Shown: positions 25,129 through 38,099, counted from the stretch's first letter. The stretch is 64,000 nt of DNA from Cycas panzhihuaensis (GCA_023213395.1 CM041465.1:251851741-251915740); one strand, 5' to 3'. Notes: generated from the sequence alone by a model not told the origin. Numbers and translations: made by a program.

Positions 25129-27679
25129 TGTTGAATATTAAACTAAGTGGTGTAATATTGACTTGTTCTCAAGTCATTAATAAATGTGCACTATGAATAA
25201 TTATACATGTGCTCACCTCACTTATGTAATATTGTTATTGGACAACATCATGGTGATTTGATATGATTGGTTAGACAGAAAGTGGCAATGCTCTATTTAA
25301 GGGAGAAAACTAACATTTAAATATTTGAGTAATTATTTTTCAATAGAATAATAACTATTAACTCCCATGGTTTTCCCTCTTATAGGGTCTTCCATGTATA
25401 AATATGATGTTTAATATATGCTTCATTTATGTTTACTTACATTATTATATTTATTTCATCTCACTTAATGCTTTTGCAATGTTTTATTTTCTAACAAATA
25501 GTATCAAAGTGGGGGTTCTTATCACCTTATGTGATTTCAATGTATGGCTAGTGTTGTTTGCAAAAGGTTGGATATTAAGTCTTAGTAGCACAAGGTTGAT
25601 ACTAACTAGAATTAGGTATCTTTGTTAAGATTCTTCTGAGATTGTTTTTATGGACTAGAAAATTCCATATTGATGTTTGCATGGTGAGTCTATGCCTCAT
25701 TGTTCAATACAGAAGAAAGTCATGATGATCTTAAAGTAAGTATTGTTAGATTACAAAAGCAGGCCTAAATACCATGCTATGGAAATGGTTGATTATGGGT
25801 TGTTTTTGACCATTTGGAGTCTATACGAGCAACCTCCTTGATGTCCATAGAAGAACTTGTAGTGATTGTTAGTTCACAAAGATATCCCATATAATGTTGT
25901 AGAAAATGGAGATGAATGATGCAAGCTATTTGAGCCATATCTTGGAAGATCTTTTGTATTATTGTATCTTGGATTGCTCACTATTTTTGTAGTTTTTCAT
26001 GTGTGAGTATTCAATTTTAGCCTTTAATGGTTATTTGGCAACTTAGGTTATAGATCAATGGCACAAATGTGGTAGATTTCAAGATGTAAACTTATAGTGA
26101 GCCTATAATTACCTTGTTGACAAATGGTTGTCTTAATTTGGCCATTGGGTTTTTTAGGAGGCCTTAATTAAGCAATTGGTCATTGGACTTAGAAGGTAGT
26201 CTTATTGAGGTAGCTTCAACAAGTAAAAATTCTAAGTATGGGATTATTATATGTTGGGCACTTTGTTTGATAGTTGAGAGGCTTTATTTATCTGTTAGGC
26301 ACTTAGGTTACTTATTGGCTTATTACAACAATGTGTAGGTGAGGTTTCTTCACTAATTTCAAGTGTTTTCTTCTTGATTTCCTGTCAGGAAGGGTTGCTA
26401 CTTCTTACCTATGATAAATTTGCCTTAGATTTATGGTTTTGCAATTGTTTTTCTTTTGAAATATATTTGTAAATCCCATACAAATATTATCTGATCTAAC
26501 GATGAAAAAATTGCATCCTCCATGTTGAACAATGAGTTTTGGCATTGTTTTAGAATTCTAAAGTTTGAAATTTATTATTGGGACTATTATATGATAAATC
26601 TAAGAAGCCATGTCATTAGATCCAAGTACCATAACGAGTTTTACCAGAAAATTTTAAACATGGATTCCTATTTTAGATAATGGCATTCCTCTTTGAAAAT
26701 TGGTGATTTTCTTTAAGGATTTAGCATATTCCTCATTATTTTTTATACCAATAGGCTACTATGATGCATAGATGGAAAACCTTCCCTTAAATATACATTT
26801 CTTATTATCATTAAGCCAAAAAAAATCTTAACTTGTAAATTTTTACCATTGTTGCTATATGCAGTTCATAATTGAATTTGGGTGATTCAAGTTTTAAGTT
26901 TTCCTATTATAAGGTTTGTATAGGCATTAAACTATTTTAGAATCCAACTTGAAGTCCACTCAACCCCTTATAGTAGTCATATGAGTTTTACATATGACGA
27001 AGTAATTACAACAAAAGGGCCTAAACCCCTTTCTAGATTGTTTTTTTATTTTTGTATGAACTATTATCATTATTTTAGTTGTATCTCCTCCATACGATGT
27101 CAAATTTTAGTTTTTTCTAAATCATTGGAAATCTAGCTTCTATACCTTCAAAACAAGTAGTTGCAAGGTGTATTTTTCTTATATCTTGGTGTAGATATTA
27201 ATCAATAAAATGGAATAAAGATCTTAGATGTGCTTTTAGTTGAAATTTTTGGCTTGGTTAACGAGGGAGAGTGTTCTCCTTTATCTATTAGTTGTAGATC
27301 GGTACCAAGTTAATATTAAAAGGGGGAATGTTGAATATTAGTCAATGTGGTGTAATATTGACTTGTCCTTGAGTCATTAATGGGTATATATTATGAATAA
27401 TTATGGATATGCTCCCTTGAATTATGCAATATTTTTATTGGATAACATAGTGGTGCTTTGAGGCGATTAGTAAAGCAAGAGGTGGTGTTGCTCTATTTAA
27501 GAGAGCAATATCACATGTAAATATCTGAGTGATTCATTTGTTGACTCCTATGGTTTTTCCCCTTATGGAGTTTTCCATATATAAATCATGTATCTAACCT
27601 ATGTCTACACTATGCTTACTTGCATTGTTATATTTAATTCATCTTATTGAATGCTTCTGTAATATTTCATTTTCTAATA
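25129..27679 (+). mobile_element. Non-autonomous LTR element (E; large TRIM or small LARD type) with no recognisable coding region
   Basis: Diverged LTRs at 25129-25496 and 27329-27679 (TGTTGAATATTA...CTAACA/CTAATA); TSD ataaa (25124-25128/27680-27684); degenerate PBS tagtatcaaagt; PPT aaaagggggaa. Removing it rejoins the RT of D (FISQAKY). Confidence 0.87.
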
Positions 27680-28920
27680 ATAAACATACTCCTAATTCTT
27701 TTCCAAACTTATACTTCAAGAAAATAATGAATCAATTCAAAGTCTATTATCTCAAAATATTTTTTAAGCCTATTTCCAAGTCTTCCATTAGTAAGATGTC
27801 ATTACCTATTATCACTAAATCATCAATATGCAAGATCACAAAGGTTACAAGCTTTCCACCTTAAACCTTTATATACAGGTTTGAGTTTTCTAAGGATATT
27901 TCAAACTTATTTTTTTCTAAAAATAGTCATTAAGCTTAGAGTCTCCAAGCTCTAGAAGTATGTTTCACACCATACAATGTCTTCTTTAGGTGACATACCA
28001 AATAGTCTTTGTCCTTCTCAACATCTTGGCCATTGCTTCATATAAACTTCTTTTATCAAGTTTCTATTCATAATGGCACTATTGATATCAAGTTGATATG
28101 GTTGCCATCTAAATTATGCACTCAATGCAAGTATAATCCTTTAAGTCATTATTTTAGTTACTAGTATAAAGTTTTCCTGGTAATCAATTCCTTCCTTTGA
28201 ATTGAAACCTTAATAACTAACTTGGCCTAATGCTTATCAATGAAGTTCTTTGATTTGTACTTGTCCTTATAGACCATCCACATCCATTTACCTATTTACT
28301 TATTGTCAATTCAATTAAGTCCTAAATTTTGTTTTTCTTCACTACTAGATTTCAACTTTTATAACATCTTTCCACTTTTTCTCAAAATTTGCCTTCTCAA
28401 AAGTGGAAGGCTCCTTTTATATTAAGAACCTATATTATGAGAGAAAAATTGACCTCTTTTGTAGATCTCATCTTAGACTTTTGTTTCCCTTCTAACTCAG
28501 GCAATTTTCATTACTAACTATTTTCAAATACTACTTAGGTAATTTCTTTAGTGAAGATGTGATTTCACTTCGAGTATATCCTCATTATCATCATAATCAT
28601 TAGTCACCATATTGACATGTCTAGATTCTTTCATATCAATTTGCCTTAAAGAACTTGATTCATGTTCCTTTTTAATTTCATTTCCTTTTTCTTATCTAAA
28701 TTTCCATGTGCCCATATCAATTTCTTTGTCATCTTCTTTAAAAATGGCATCCCAAGTCATTCAAACTTTCATGATTTTTAACTCATATACTCTATAAGCT
28801 TTGCTTCCCTCATTATAATTAATGAAAATACAGTTGGAACTTTTACCATCAAACTTCTAACATTTCTCCTATGAAATGTGCATGTATACTATGCATCCAA
28901 AGATTCTAAAATGGCTTACT

Positions 28921-29461
28921 ATATGCTTTTTGCGCGGCCATGCCTCCTAAGGTATTACATCTCTAACCATCTTGGTGGAACTCTTATTTGTCAAATAAGA
29001 AATTGTTTTCACTACTTCTATCTAATATATGTTTGGTGAATTCTTTCCCTTCATCATTTGATTTAGCTTTTTCAACTAAACACCTATTCATTCTTTTCAC
29101 AACTCTATTATATTGTTGTGTATATGCAGTTGTAAACTACCTCTTAATCCCATGGTACTTGTAGTATTAATCAAACTCCTTAGAAGTCTCTCCTATTTTT
29201 CTTGTTTCCTCTTTGAACTCTTTGAAGATATCAAATATTAAAAATTTATCCTTCATTGAATAATCCATTTTTTAATGGAGAAATCATTAACGAAGATTAT
29301 AAAATACTTAGCACCTCTTAAGTGATAAGGTTAGCATTGGTCCACATACATTAAAATAAACTAAACTCAATTTCTCATTCATTCTTCAACCTTTATTCTT
29401 CTTAAATTTCCCCTAAAGTTGTATATCCATTATGCAAGTTTCACATAAACAGCTTTTAATT
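28921..29461. repeat. Left copy of a ~540-bp duplication of host copia D integrase flanking element F
   Basis: Aligns to 33712-34248 with ~23 substitutions and 3 small indels. Confidence 0.93.
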
Positions 29462-30201
29462 AATTGATTAAATAAATAGGTGCTATTAAACGAGCACAAC
29501 TTTCCATGAAAGGGGCCTAATATGCATATAAAGTTGGTCCCAAATGTAATATGGACATCATCCGACTTTTATTAATCAAACAGAGTCTTTTGACTATTTA
29601 TCAAATCAATTACTATTGTGCTCACGTGTATGTTTTTTTGGCAATCTGGTGATTGGGTTTTGGTTACGAACAAGGTTCATAACAAGTGGTATTAGAGCAC
29701 CATCCTGCTCTGTGGGAATCAAATTTAGTTACAACAAGTGAAGAATTGTTGTAATTATATATCTCAGTGCCATACCTTAAAAATTTATTCCAGTACATAG
29801 CTGTCAACTGGTCAAAGATAATAACCATATACATAGAGAATCGCCAAACGATTTATTAACATATTCAGTAATAGAGGAATGTACTGAGTATGGATAATTC
29901 ATTGATTATCTCTACTAGCGATATTACCAGGAATTCGTACGATTAACAAAACAACAAACAACTTAAATTCTGGTTATAATCAGGAGACTCCATAACCATA
30001 TAATTAGCGCGGTTGTTATTATACTAAACTGTGCCTAACGTCATTATTCCAAGGCTACACAAGCATTAATTACTCCATTAATACTACTAAAGCAATCACT
30101 TGGTATATTACACCATTGCATCGTGCCACACAATACTATATTTGGCTGCATAGGTTACTCCATCATTCAACAACCATCTGGGTACACTACACCATCGCAC
30201 T

Positions 30202-31445
30202 TCATACATGCATGTTATATAGGTGTGAGATGAATCTTTTGTACAAAGTGAGGCGTACATTATTGTCTAGGTAATTAAGGCTACACAAACTGAAGAAGCT
30301 AACGAATAGGACAGCGGCCATTACAGTCCAGAAATAAAAATTAGTCCACACATTTAATTTCAACGTAATACTTGTGTGAAAGGCACTTAGTACCATTTGA
30401 ATTAAATGACTATTCTTGTTAACAGTGTGTTTAATAAAGCTAATAATATGCTTCCTCAACATATCAAATCACTACGCGCTAAGCACTTCTACACATTAGT
30501 TATCGGCTGTGTACACAGTAAGTTCTAACCTCAGCTCATACACATCTATCATACAGATCCCTATCTGATAAATGTTTTCAAGCATAGAAGAACGGTCTCC
30601 CTTTGTTGGTTGTCACCTTCCATTGTCCAACGATTCTCCTTCATCATCTATTCATCCAAATAAATTTTCGTATGAACCCTGGATTTGAACGTGATATTAT
30701 TCTCTAACTTGGCTCGACAAATACATAAAGCTTAAAGCGTGAGAATCACTATATGAAATAGTAACATAGATTGGGATTCGATTTTCATAGCTATGAAGAA
30801 AGTCATCGTCCAACGCCAACACATCGTCTACGTCTTCCATCCACATTCGGCCATCACCTTCTGTGCTGTCCTCACCTTGTAGTATCTATGGTCCAAGAAT
30901 CGTCGTCTTCCAAGGTGTGCACTGAACAAAAGGCATGCATATTTAATCAAATATCTATTTACATAGAACAAAAGGCACCCCTATTAAAAGCTTAAGCAAA
31001 TATTAGACGCTTCACGACATACGTTTCTTAAGTTAATATTAGATATTTTATAATATATATCCATCGTGTGCCATTCTATCTTACATAGCGACGAGGAATT
31101 TTTAAAGCATATTTCCTACCTACAGTCACTTCATATTTAGACCTATATTTCTCTACATCATGATTACGAAGTTGATAGGAGAAGTCAGCAAGTAAATTAA
31201 CTTGTTCACCAATTTGTTTCCAAACCAAAGTGCCTATAGAATCGTTATCACTGGGTGATCTGCACGTCAGGGCGTAAATGCCAAAGCTTTGTTCAAAATT
31301 CAACAACTTCAGTTCGTGAGAATAATTGATATCCTTGCACTCAATCTATTAAAAAAAAATCAAGACAATCGGTAGCAAGACAAATACAAGTAGTTATATT
31401 TATTTGCCAGTCCATGGAAGTTACGGAGTAGGTCCGCGTATTCAT
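30202..31445 (-). pseudogene. Putative 4-exon antisense gene of unknown function inside element F (~253 codons, 4 premature stops)
   Basis: Proposed exons 31445-31425, 31345-31085, 30921-30530 and 30289-30202. Introns GTAACT...T9AATAG (79 bp), GTAAGA...TTTTGTTCAG (163 bp) and GTTAGA...TTCTTCAG (240 bp) join in frame. Exon 2 is 87 codons without a stop. Confidence 0.5.
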
Positions 31446-31480
31446 CTATTCAACGAGTGGTGTGATAATATTCTTAATAT

Positions 31481-31586
31481 AAGCATATAGTTACAAAAGA
31501 GAAGTGGAGAAATCATACTTATACTATTATTAAAGCACATAGTTATGGAAGGGAAGCAATGGAATCATACTTATACTATTATTAAA
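31481..31586. repeat. 52-bp degenerate tandem duplication between the antisense gene and gag of element F
   Basis: aagcaYatagtta...aatcatacttatactattattaaa occurs twice. Confidence 0.8.
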
Positions 31587-33220
31587 ATAATGAATACAGA
31601 AGATATGGCAGACAATACCATCCAAAAGGATATCGTTGAACCAATCACTCAAGCAGTCCAGACATCAAACGCGCTTTTAAATCATATATTACATCAAATC
31701 TTGGATAAATTGATAATTATAGCAACAAACAGAAAAAAAGACATGATTGTTCCAGATTCAGAGGATGAGGCAATGAGTCGGCAGTCTCATATTAGAAATC
31801 AGACTGTTAAAAAATATTCCAGTCCTCAAACAACTCCCATTAATACTGAGAATGAAGCTATCAGAAAATACCTTAATGAGTATCATAATTTAGCCCCTGA
31901 AGTACAAAAGATAGTAGGTTTTCAAGCGTACTTTAACTGCTTACAAAGTATTCAAACACAGAAAAAGAAAAAGTTAGAAAAGATTACTATACAACATTTC
32001 AGTATGGAGCAAAATTCACATGAACCGAGAGTGTGGATACAACAAATGGAAAACTATTTCCACTTAATGGAGATTGAATTGGTAGAGCAAGTTCTTTTAG
32101 GCACCCTACACATGGATGGGATAGCGTGTGAATGGTGGCAGTGTCTTGAACGAACCTCTTTTCAATATCAACTACCTACCTGGAAAGAATTCATGCTTTT
32201 ATTTATTGAGTGATTTGAAACCATATCTAATCGCAATTATTATTGTGAGTTATAAAAATTAAAGAAAATTGGATCAGTGGAAGAATATAGTACAGCATTC
32301 ACAAGGTTAAGCTATGTGCTAGAGGATATTCTGACTAATCCACTTATCCAATTATATATAGATGGTCTGATAACAGAGATCCAAGCTGACGTTAAAATTC
32401 AAGAACCAAAGGACCTTAATAAGGCAATACAGTTAGCCAAAATACATGAAGATAAACACAAGGTCTTATGCAAAATAGGCACAGATCTCTATATTCCTCC
32501 ACCTGGTTGACATGATCTTTTACTAAGTGTTCAACATAGACACGTATCAGTCAACCCGAATCGACCTGCTAAACCAATCATTGAAAAAACAAAAACAGAG
32601 CAAGAAGAGTTAAGAAGAAAAAACCTATGCTTCAGATGTGAGGAGAAGTGGGAACCTAGGCATAGATGTTAAAAGAACCAGTTATATACAATTAGATTAT
32701 TGCCAGATGACAATATTGATGAAGAAGAACAATGATCATAAAATAATCAAGGAAATTGTTATAATGCAGAACATCAAGAGAGCTATAATAATCTCGAGGT
32801 TGACCATCCGTAAATGTCACTATCATTTATAAGCAGTTTTAATCAATCAAATACCTTAAAATTACGGAGATCTATAAAAAATCAAGTTGTAATAATCTAG
32901 ATAGATTCAGGTAGCACACATAATTTTATAGATCAAAACTGTGCACAACAATTGAGGCTATTCCCATTAAGGACTCCTTGTTTTCACGCCACTGTTGGAG
33001 GAAGACAAGTAATCTCTGGCCAGGGTATAATGAAGAACCTTAAACTCACGTTAAACGACATCAGTATTATAGAAGATTTCTACATCGTCGAGGTAGGAGG
33101 TGTAGATATTGTGTTGGGCAGTCAATGGCTCAGTACACTTAGAACCTTTGAAATGAATATTCATGAATAATTTATGTGATTTAAGAAAGAAGGAAGAATC
33201 ATCACGTTATCGGGAAAATG
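31545..33220 (+). pseudogene. Gag-aspartic protease polyprotein of element F (disrupted)
   Basis: Retrotransposon gag (WIQQMENYF...LHMDGIACEWW; EEYSTAFTRL), zinc knuckle CFRCEEKWEPRHRC (~32628-32670), protease IDSGSTHNFI (~32901) and DIVLGSQWLSTL. Confidence 0.88.
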
Positions 33221-33711
33221 ATTAAACAAAACTAAAATCATACCACACAAGGATCAGGGTAAAGAAGTTAAGAAGCAACCACAAGCATTCCAAAAACACA
33301 GCCAAGGTTTTCAACTGGAAGAATTTTCTAATAAATACCTGCAACATCCATTTAATCACCTAATGGACTCTACCACAATGAAGGATAGCATATGTTTAAG
33401 GGACTCCAATCGTTCGACTATGTTTCGTGGGTGAAACATCTTAAGAGAGAGGACTGTTATGAACCTCCTTAAGCAAAAGGGTTTAATTAATTGATTAAAT
33501 AAATAGGTGCTATTGAACGGGTACAACCTTCCGTGAAAGGGGCCTAATATGCATATAAAATTGGTCCCAAATGTAATATGGACATCATCCGACTTTTATC
33601 AATCAAACACAGTCTTTTGACTATTTATCAAATCAATTACTCTTGTGCTCACGTGTGTGTTTTTTTGGTAATCTAGTGATTGGGTTCCGGTTATGAACAA
33701 GGTTCGTAACA

Positions 33712-34248
33712 ATATGATTTTTGCACAACCATGCCTCCTAAGGTATTACATCTCTAACCATCTTGGTGGAACTCTTATTTTTCAAATAAGAAATTGTTTT
33801 CACTACTTCTATCCAATATATGTTCGGTGAATTCTTTCCCTTCATCATTTGATTTAGCTTTTTCAACTAAACACCTATCACAACTCTATTATGTTGTTAT
33901 GTATATGTAGTTGTAAACTACCTCTTAATTCCATGGTACTTGTATTATTGATCAAACCCCTTAGAAGTATGCACTCTCCTATTTTTCTCATTTCCTCTTT
34001 GAACTCTTTGAAGATATCAAATATTAAAAATTTATCCTTCATTGAATAAATCCATTCTTTTATGGAGAAATCATTAACGAAGATTATAAAATACTTAGCA
34101 CCTCTTAAGTGATAAGGTTGGCATTGGTCCACATACATTAAATTAAACTAAACTCAATTTCTCATTCATTCTTCAACCTTTATTCTTCTTAAAATTCCCC
34201 CAAAGTTGTATATCCATTATGCAAGTTTCACATAAACAACTTTTAATT
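33712..34248. repeat. Right copy of the ~540-bp duplication flanking element F
   Basis: Begins exactly after the terminal CA of the 3' LTR of F; aligns to 28921-29461. Confidence 0.93.
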
Positions 34249-37200
34249 GCGAATTTAGGTAAACCCTTACTCAAAATTTAGGAATCTCAAATATAATTTA
34301 TTTTCTCACATATTATATATACATTTGTTCCTTGTTATTTGCCTGAGGTGGTATGTGACTACCTATATTTGCTTGTCATTTATCTAATGTTGTATTTGAT
34401 TGGCCATTTATTTGGTTTACCTATACATATTGCATTTCTTTCACAATTGATATTTTCACCAACATCTCTCATATGTTATGGAGCTACATTAAAATTGAGT
34501 TAACATACAAAACAAAAATCTTTCTTACATTGTAATCTCTATCTTTTGTTGTTCATAAATTTTCTTAGTTTACTTTTTTTTTCTTTGATTTTAAATGTAA
34601 TTATTGATTTTATCTATTCCATTATGTAAATCTCTTCAAATACATGTGAATCAACTACTCATGGCCTAAAATTAATCATAACTTCTTCGCATGGAATCTA
34701 TTTTCTCCTATTGGTCTAATTTCATAATATTTAAGGTCAATTTCATAATAATCCCTCAAAAATAATGAAATCAATGCTTATTGGTATAAAAAACTAACTT
34801 CACAATATGTTTTGATATCTTTTCTCTCTTTGTTCTCTTTATTTCATTATAAATACCCTCATCACATTCACATTTTATATACATATCTTCACTTATATCT
34901 TGAGTATTTTACTCATGATTTAGTTGATTACAACTTCATACCATCTCCAACCCCTACTTTATTATTTTAATCATTATTATTATGGAGTTGATATTATCTT
35001 CCATTAATATCAATTTGATTGGTTTGATTTTTCTCTCATTTATCTATTTGATTTTGTTCTAAAAAATCTTAATTTCATCTCACTCTACTTATCTATTTTA
35101 TTACTTTATAAGAGCTATCAAGTGATTATTTATATAACTCATATATAATCTCATCACTAGACGAGGTAACTTGTGATTTTTATTTCCATTTAAGATTTGA
35201 TTTTCTTACCAAGATAATAGTGCCTGGCAGTTTTCTCTTGTGATATAATCTTACAGGTAGAAGGAATGAAAGGAATTACATGTGCAACAGTAAAGACTAT
35301 CATTAAATATAAACACATCTTCAATATTGAACTAGGTAAGTGCCTCTTTTGTACCCTACTTGATTTTTTTTTAATAATAGAAAAGAAGAAATATTATATA
35401 TGTTGCAAGCCAAGAACTCTTTCTTATTGAAAGTTATCATATGCTTTCATCACACATAGAAGAATACACCTCAACATGAGACTCATATTTTTCTCCTTAG
35501 GTATACACCTCAGCTCTAAACATCATACTGATTAGGTGAAGCAAAACCCCCTCCACCTTTATATTTAGCTGTATATACACCAGATGATTCACTTTTATCA
35601 CTTCCTTTCAATAATTGTTCATGTTACAATTATAAGCCCTGAAACTAATTGAAAATGCTTACATTAAGCTTTCCAACTGTTATCAAGCTGATGACAATAC
35701 TTTCATAAGACTTAGGCAAACTCTTCAAAGTGGAAGTGATTAACTCTTTATATTGCTTTACCAATTGTGTCAAGTTGATTCTTGAATACTTTAATCAGAT
35801 GTATGTAATGTACCATGCTCTCTAACAACTTAAGACTATACAATTGATTTACAAGCATTAATGCTCTTACATTATTCTTATTTTCATAAAGTGAAGTTAT
35901 TGTATACCATACTTCCTTTACTGTCCTAGCATCAAAATTCAATTTACTAATATATTAATTAATGCTAATATAATCTTATCATTAACATCACACTCAACTT
36001 GTGTAGTAACATTTGTTGTATGTCTCACTAATTTTCCTTTAATAAAATTCTACAAATTATTCAATATCAACAAAATCTTCATTTGATGCTTCTATATGCT
36101 ACAATTTTCAACACTTATTAATTTTTCCATGAAATCATAAAATATTGCCTTGCCATTTAATGTTAAAAATATCAAACTAAAATAAAATTTAAAAATAAGC
36201 TCAAGAGGACACCACAATGAACCTAAATAATCACCAACACATAATTTTATCTTCCTTTTTTTTCATTATTGATGATTTTTTTTGTTTTTGGCTCCACAAA
36301 CTATTGATTCTTCTATCACTCTATAGGGTGCCAAAAACCATAAACAAGCATGAAATATATGCAAAGAGCAATAAATATTACATCAAATGATTTTATGTTC
36401 ATATGACCACTCTCATGTAGTAGAAAATTTTAAAATAATTAGGAAAAATATTTTTGGTAAGTGAAAATAATACCTCCAAAAGATAAAATTATAAGAAGCT
36501 CTTTTAATCCAAATGACCATAAGATAATAACTAGGGGGTTAAAAAATGGATCTCAATTGGTTTTTAAATTTGATTAAAATAGATATAACTTTAAAGAAAT
36601 AAAGTATTTTTTTGAAAATTTTGACAAATTGTTGCCATTGTGCAATGTTGTACATTTAAGAGATTTTGTATGCTATGAATTTTATCTAGTATAATTTTGA
36701 TTCATCATTGGAGGGATGTAGTGATGCTAGATAGCATGAACTCATAAATCCATAGAATACATTGCATGCCTCCCATATTCCTCTTTCAAATTTACATTTA
36801 TGTTGTCCATAGTGTGGCCATATTGGTGTTTTCTTCTCTCTTAGAGAAGGTTGTGAAGAATGGGATCACTATTATATTAATTACAACCTCAAATTTTAAA
36901 TTCCCATTATTATCAAAAGCCACAATGGGTACTCTCCAATAGTTCTATTCTTGAAATGTAGAAAACTACATAAGACTTTCCTAATACAAGTATAAAGGTA
37001 TAGTGTCCCAAATACAAATTCACCACTCCAGCATTCCACTAGAACCAACTCACCCAATAGATTTTTAACACTTCATTACATCATTCTAGTGTTCTAATTT
37101 CTACATGTTCCAACATACTATTCTAATGAGCTATAATACTTCTCTCCAGTGTTTATAGCTTTCTCATAAAAACCATGGAAAACATTCAACTATGATACTA

Positions 37201-37339
37201 ATTGTAAAAAATAAATAAGACACAAATAGAATAATCAAGATAGAATTATTATAATAGAATTAGTTCACCAACATTTACTTATTAATTCATTGTGAATACA
37301 ACAATTATAACATGATAAGTACATATATATATAGGACAA

Positions 37340-37372
37340 GGGAGGGGGCGGGGGCAGGGGAGGGAGTGGGGG
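37340..37372 (+). other. G-quadruplex-prone G-tract
   Basis: GGGAGGGGGCGGGGGCAGGGGAGGGAGTGGGGG: six runs of at least 3 G with short loops. Confidence 0.7.
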
Positions 37373-38099
37373 AAGAATAAGGAAGTGGCATTGAGCTAAT
37401 AATAGGTAGTGATAAGTTTAGTCAATTATGTTTGTTATCAAAGTATTATCCACTAGGGCAGGTTTGGTTGAATGATATATGTAAGTAATTTATATAAACA
37501 ATCTTTACTACTAAATCCAATTGGGTCAATTCTCTTTCTAATTCTCTAGTGTTGTAAATGCCTTGGATAAGTTACTCATTATCAATCAAGTGTCCCAATT
37601 ACAACTATTATTTCTTCTCTTTAGTGTACCAACCTATGGATGTCAAATTATATAAACCATGAGATTTGACCTAGGATGTTTTGAATTCAACAAGGGTTTC
37701 TAATAGCATTTCTTCAAGGAAATAGTGGCATGCTTTTGCATATAAATTTTGGTGGTGTAGCTCATCCCTAATTTTGGCAGTTTTATTAAATATGCTTCAA
37801 TTAATTCTTCATACAATACAAAAGCACAATACTCTAAATCACCATATTTTTCCTTCCATTTGAAGCATAATCCCTTCCCTCATGTGTGAGGACTAACAAT
37901 TGGTGCATTAAGGAATTAGTAGTAGAATTTAGTCAATCATATCACCTTTACTATCAAAAAGTGGTGCTTTTCCTTTTTTATAGAAAGCTAGTGTAGCCAC
38001 CCTGAATGATGCCCAACATTCTTATACAAACACTTTAGGAAAACTTAGAGATAGTGTTTTTGAGAATCAACTCTTTTACTTGTAGGGAAATAATGGCAC

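Larger units (their letters stand above)
29455..33711 (+). mobile_element. Non-autonomous gypsy-derived gag-protease LTR element (F; TR-GAG-like) carrying antisense cargo
   Basis: LTRs at 29455-29684 (first 27 bp missing) and 33455-33711 (terminal inverted repeats tgttatgaacct/aggttcgtaaca), ~16 mismatches; PBS tggtattagagc at 29687-29698; PPT aagagagagga. Gag and protease are present; RT, RH and INT are absent. Confidence 0.9.
24093..37340 (-). mobile_element. Old, heavily decayed Ty1/copia element (D) hosting elements E and F; 5' LTR truncated
   Basis: LTR similarity between 24093-~24383 and 37203-~37340 (shared ttattaattcatt...caattataacatgataagtacat). PBS-like rc ctatgatacta at ~37190-37200; PPT rc tttccccct at 24384. 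Gag at 35748-35942 (EVWYTITSLYENKNNVRALMLVNQLYSLKL), integrase at 33878-34138 (KYFIIFVNDFS), RT/RH at 24410-25123 and 27685-28450. Confidence 0.8.

Noticed and set aside
28921-34248. 540-bp direct repeats interpreted as the LTRs of a larger element
   Set aside because: They encode copia integrase on the minus strand and lack TG...CA ends, PBS and PPT. The true LTRs lie inside them.
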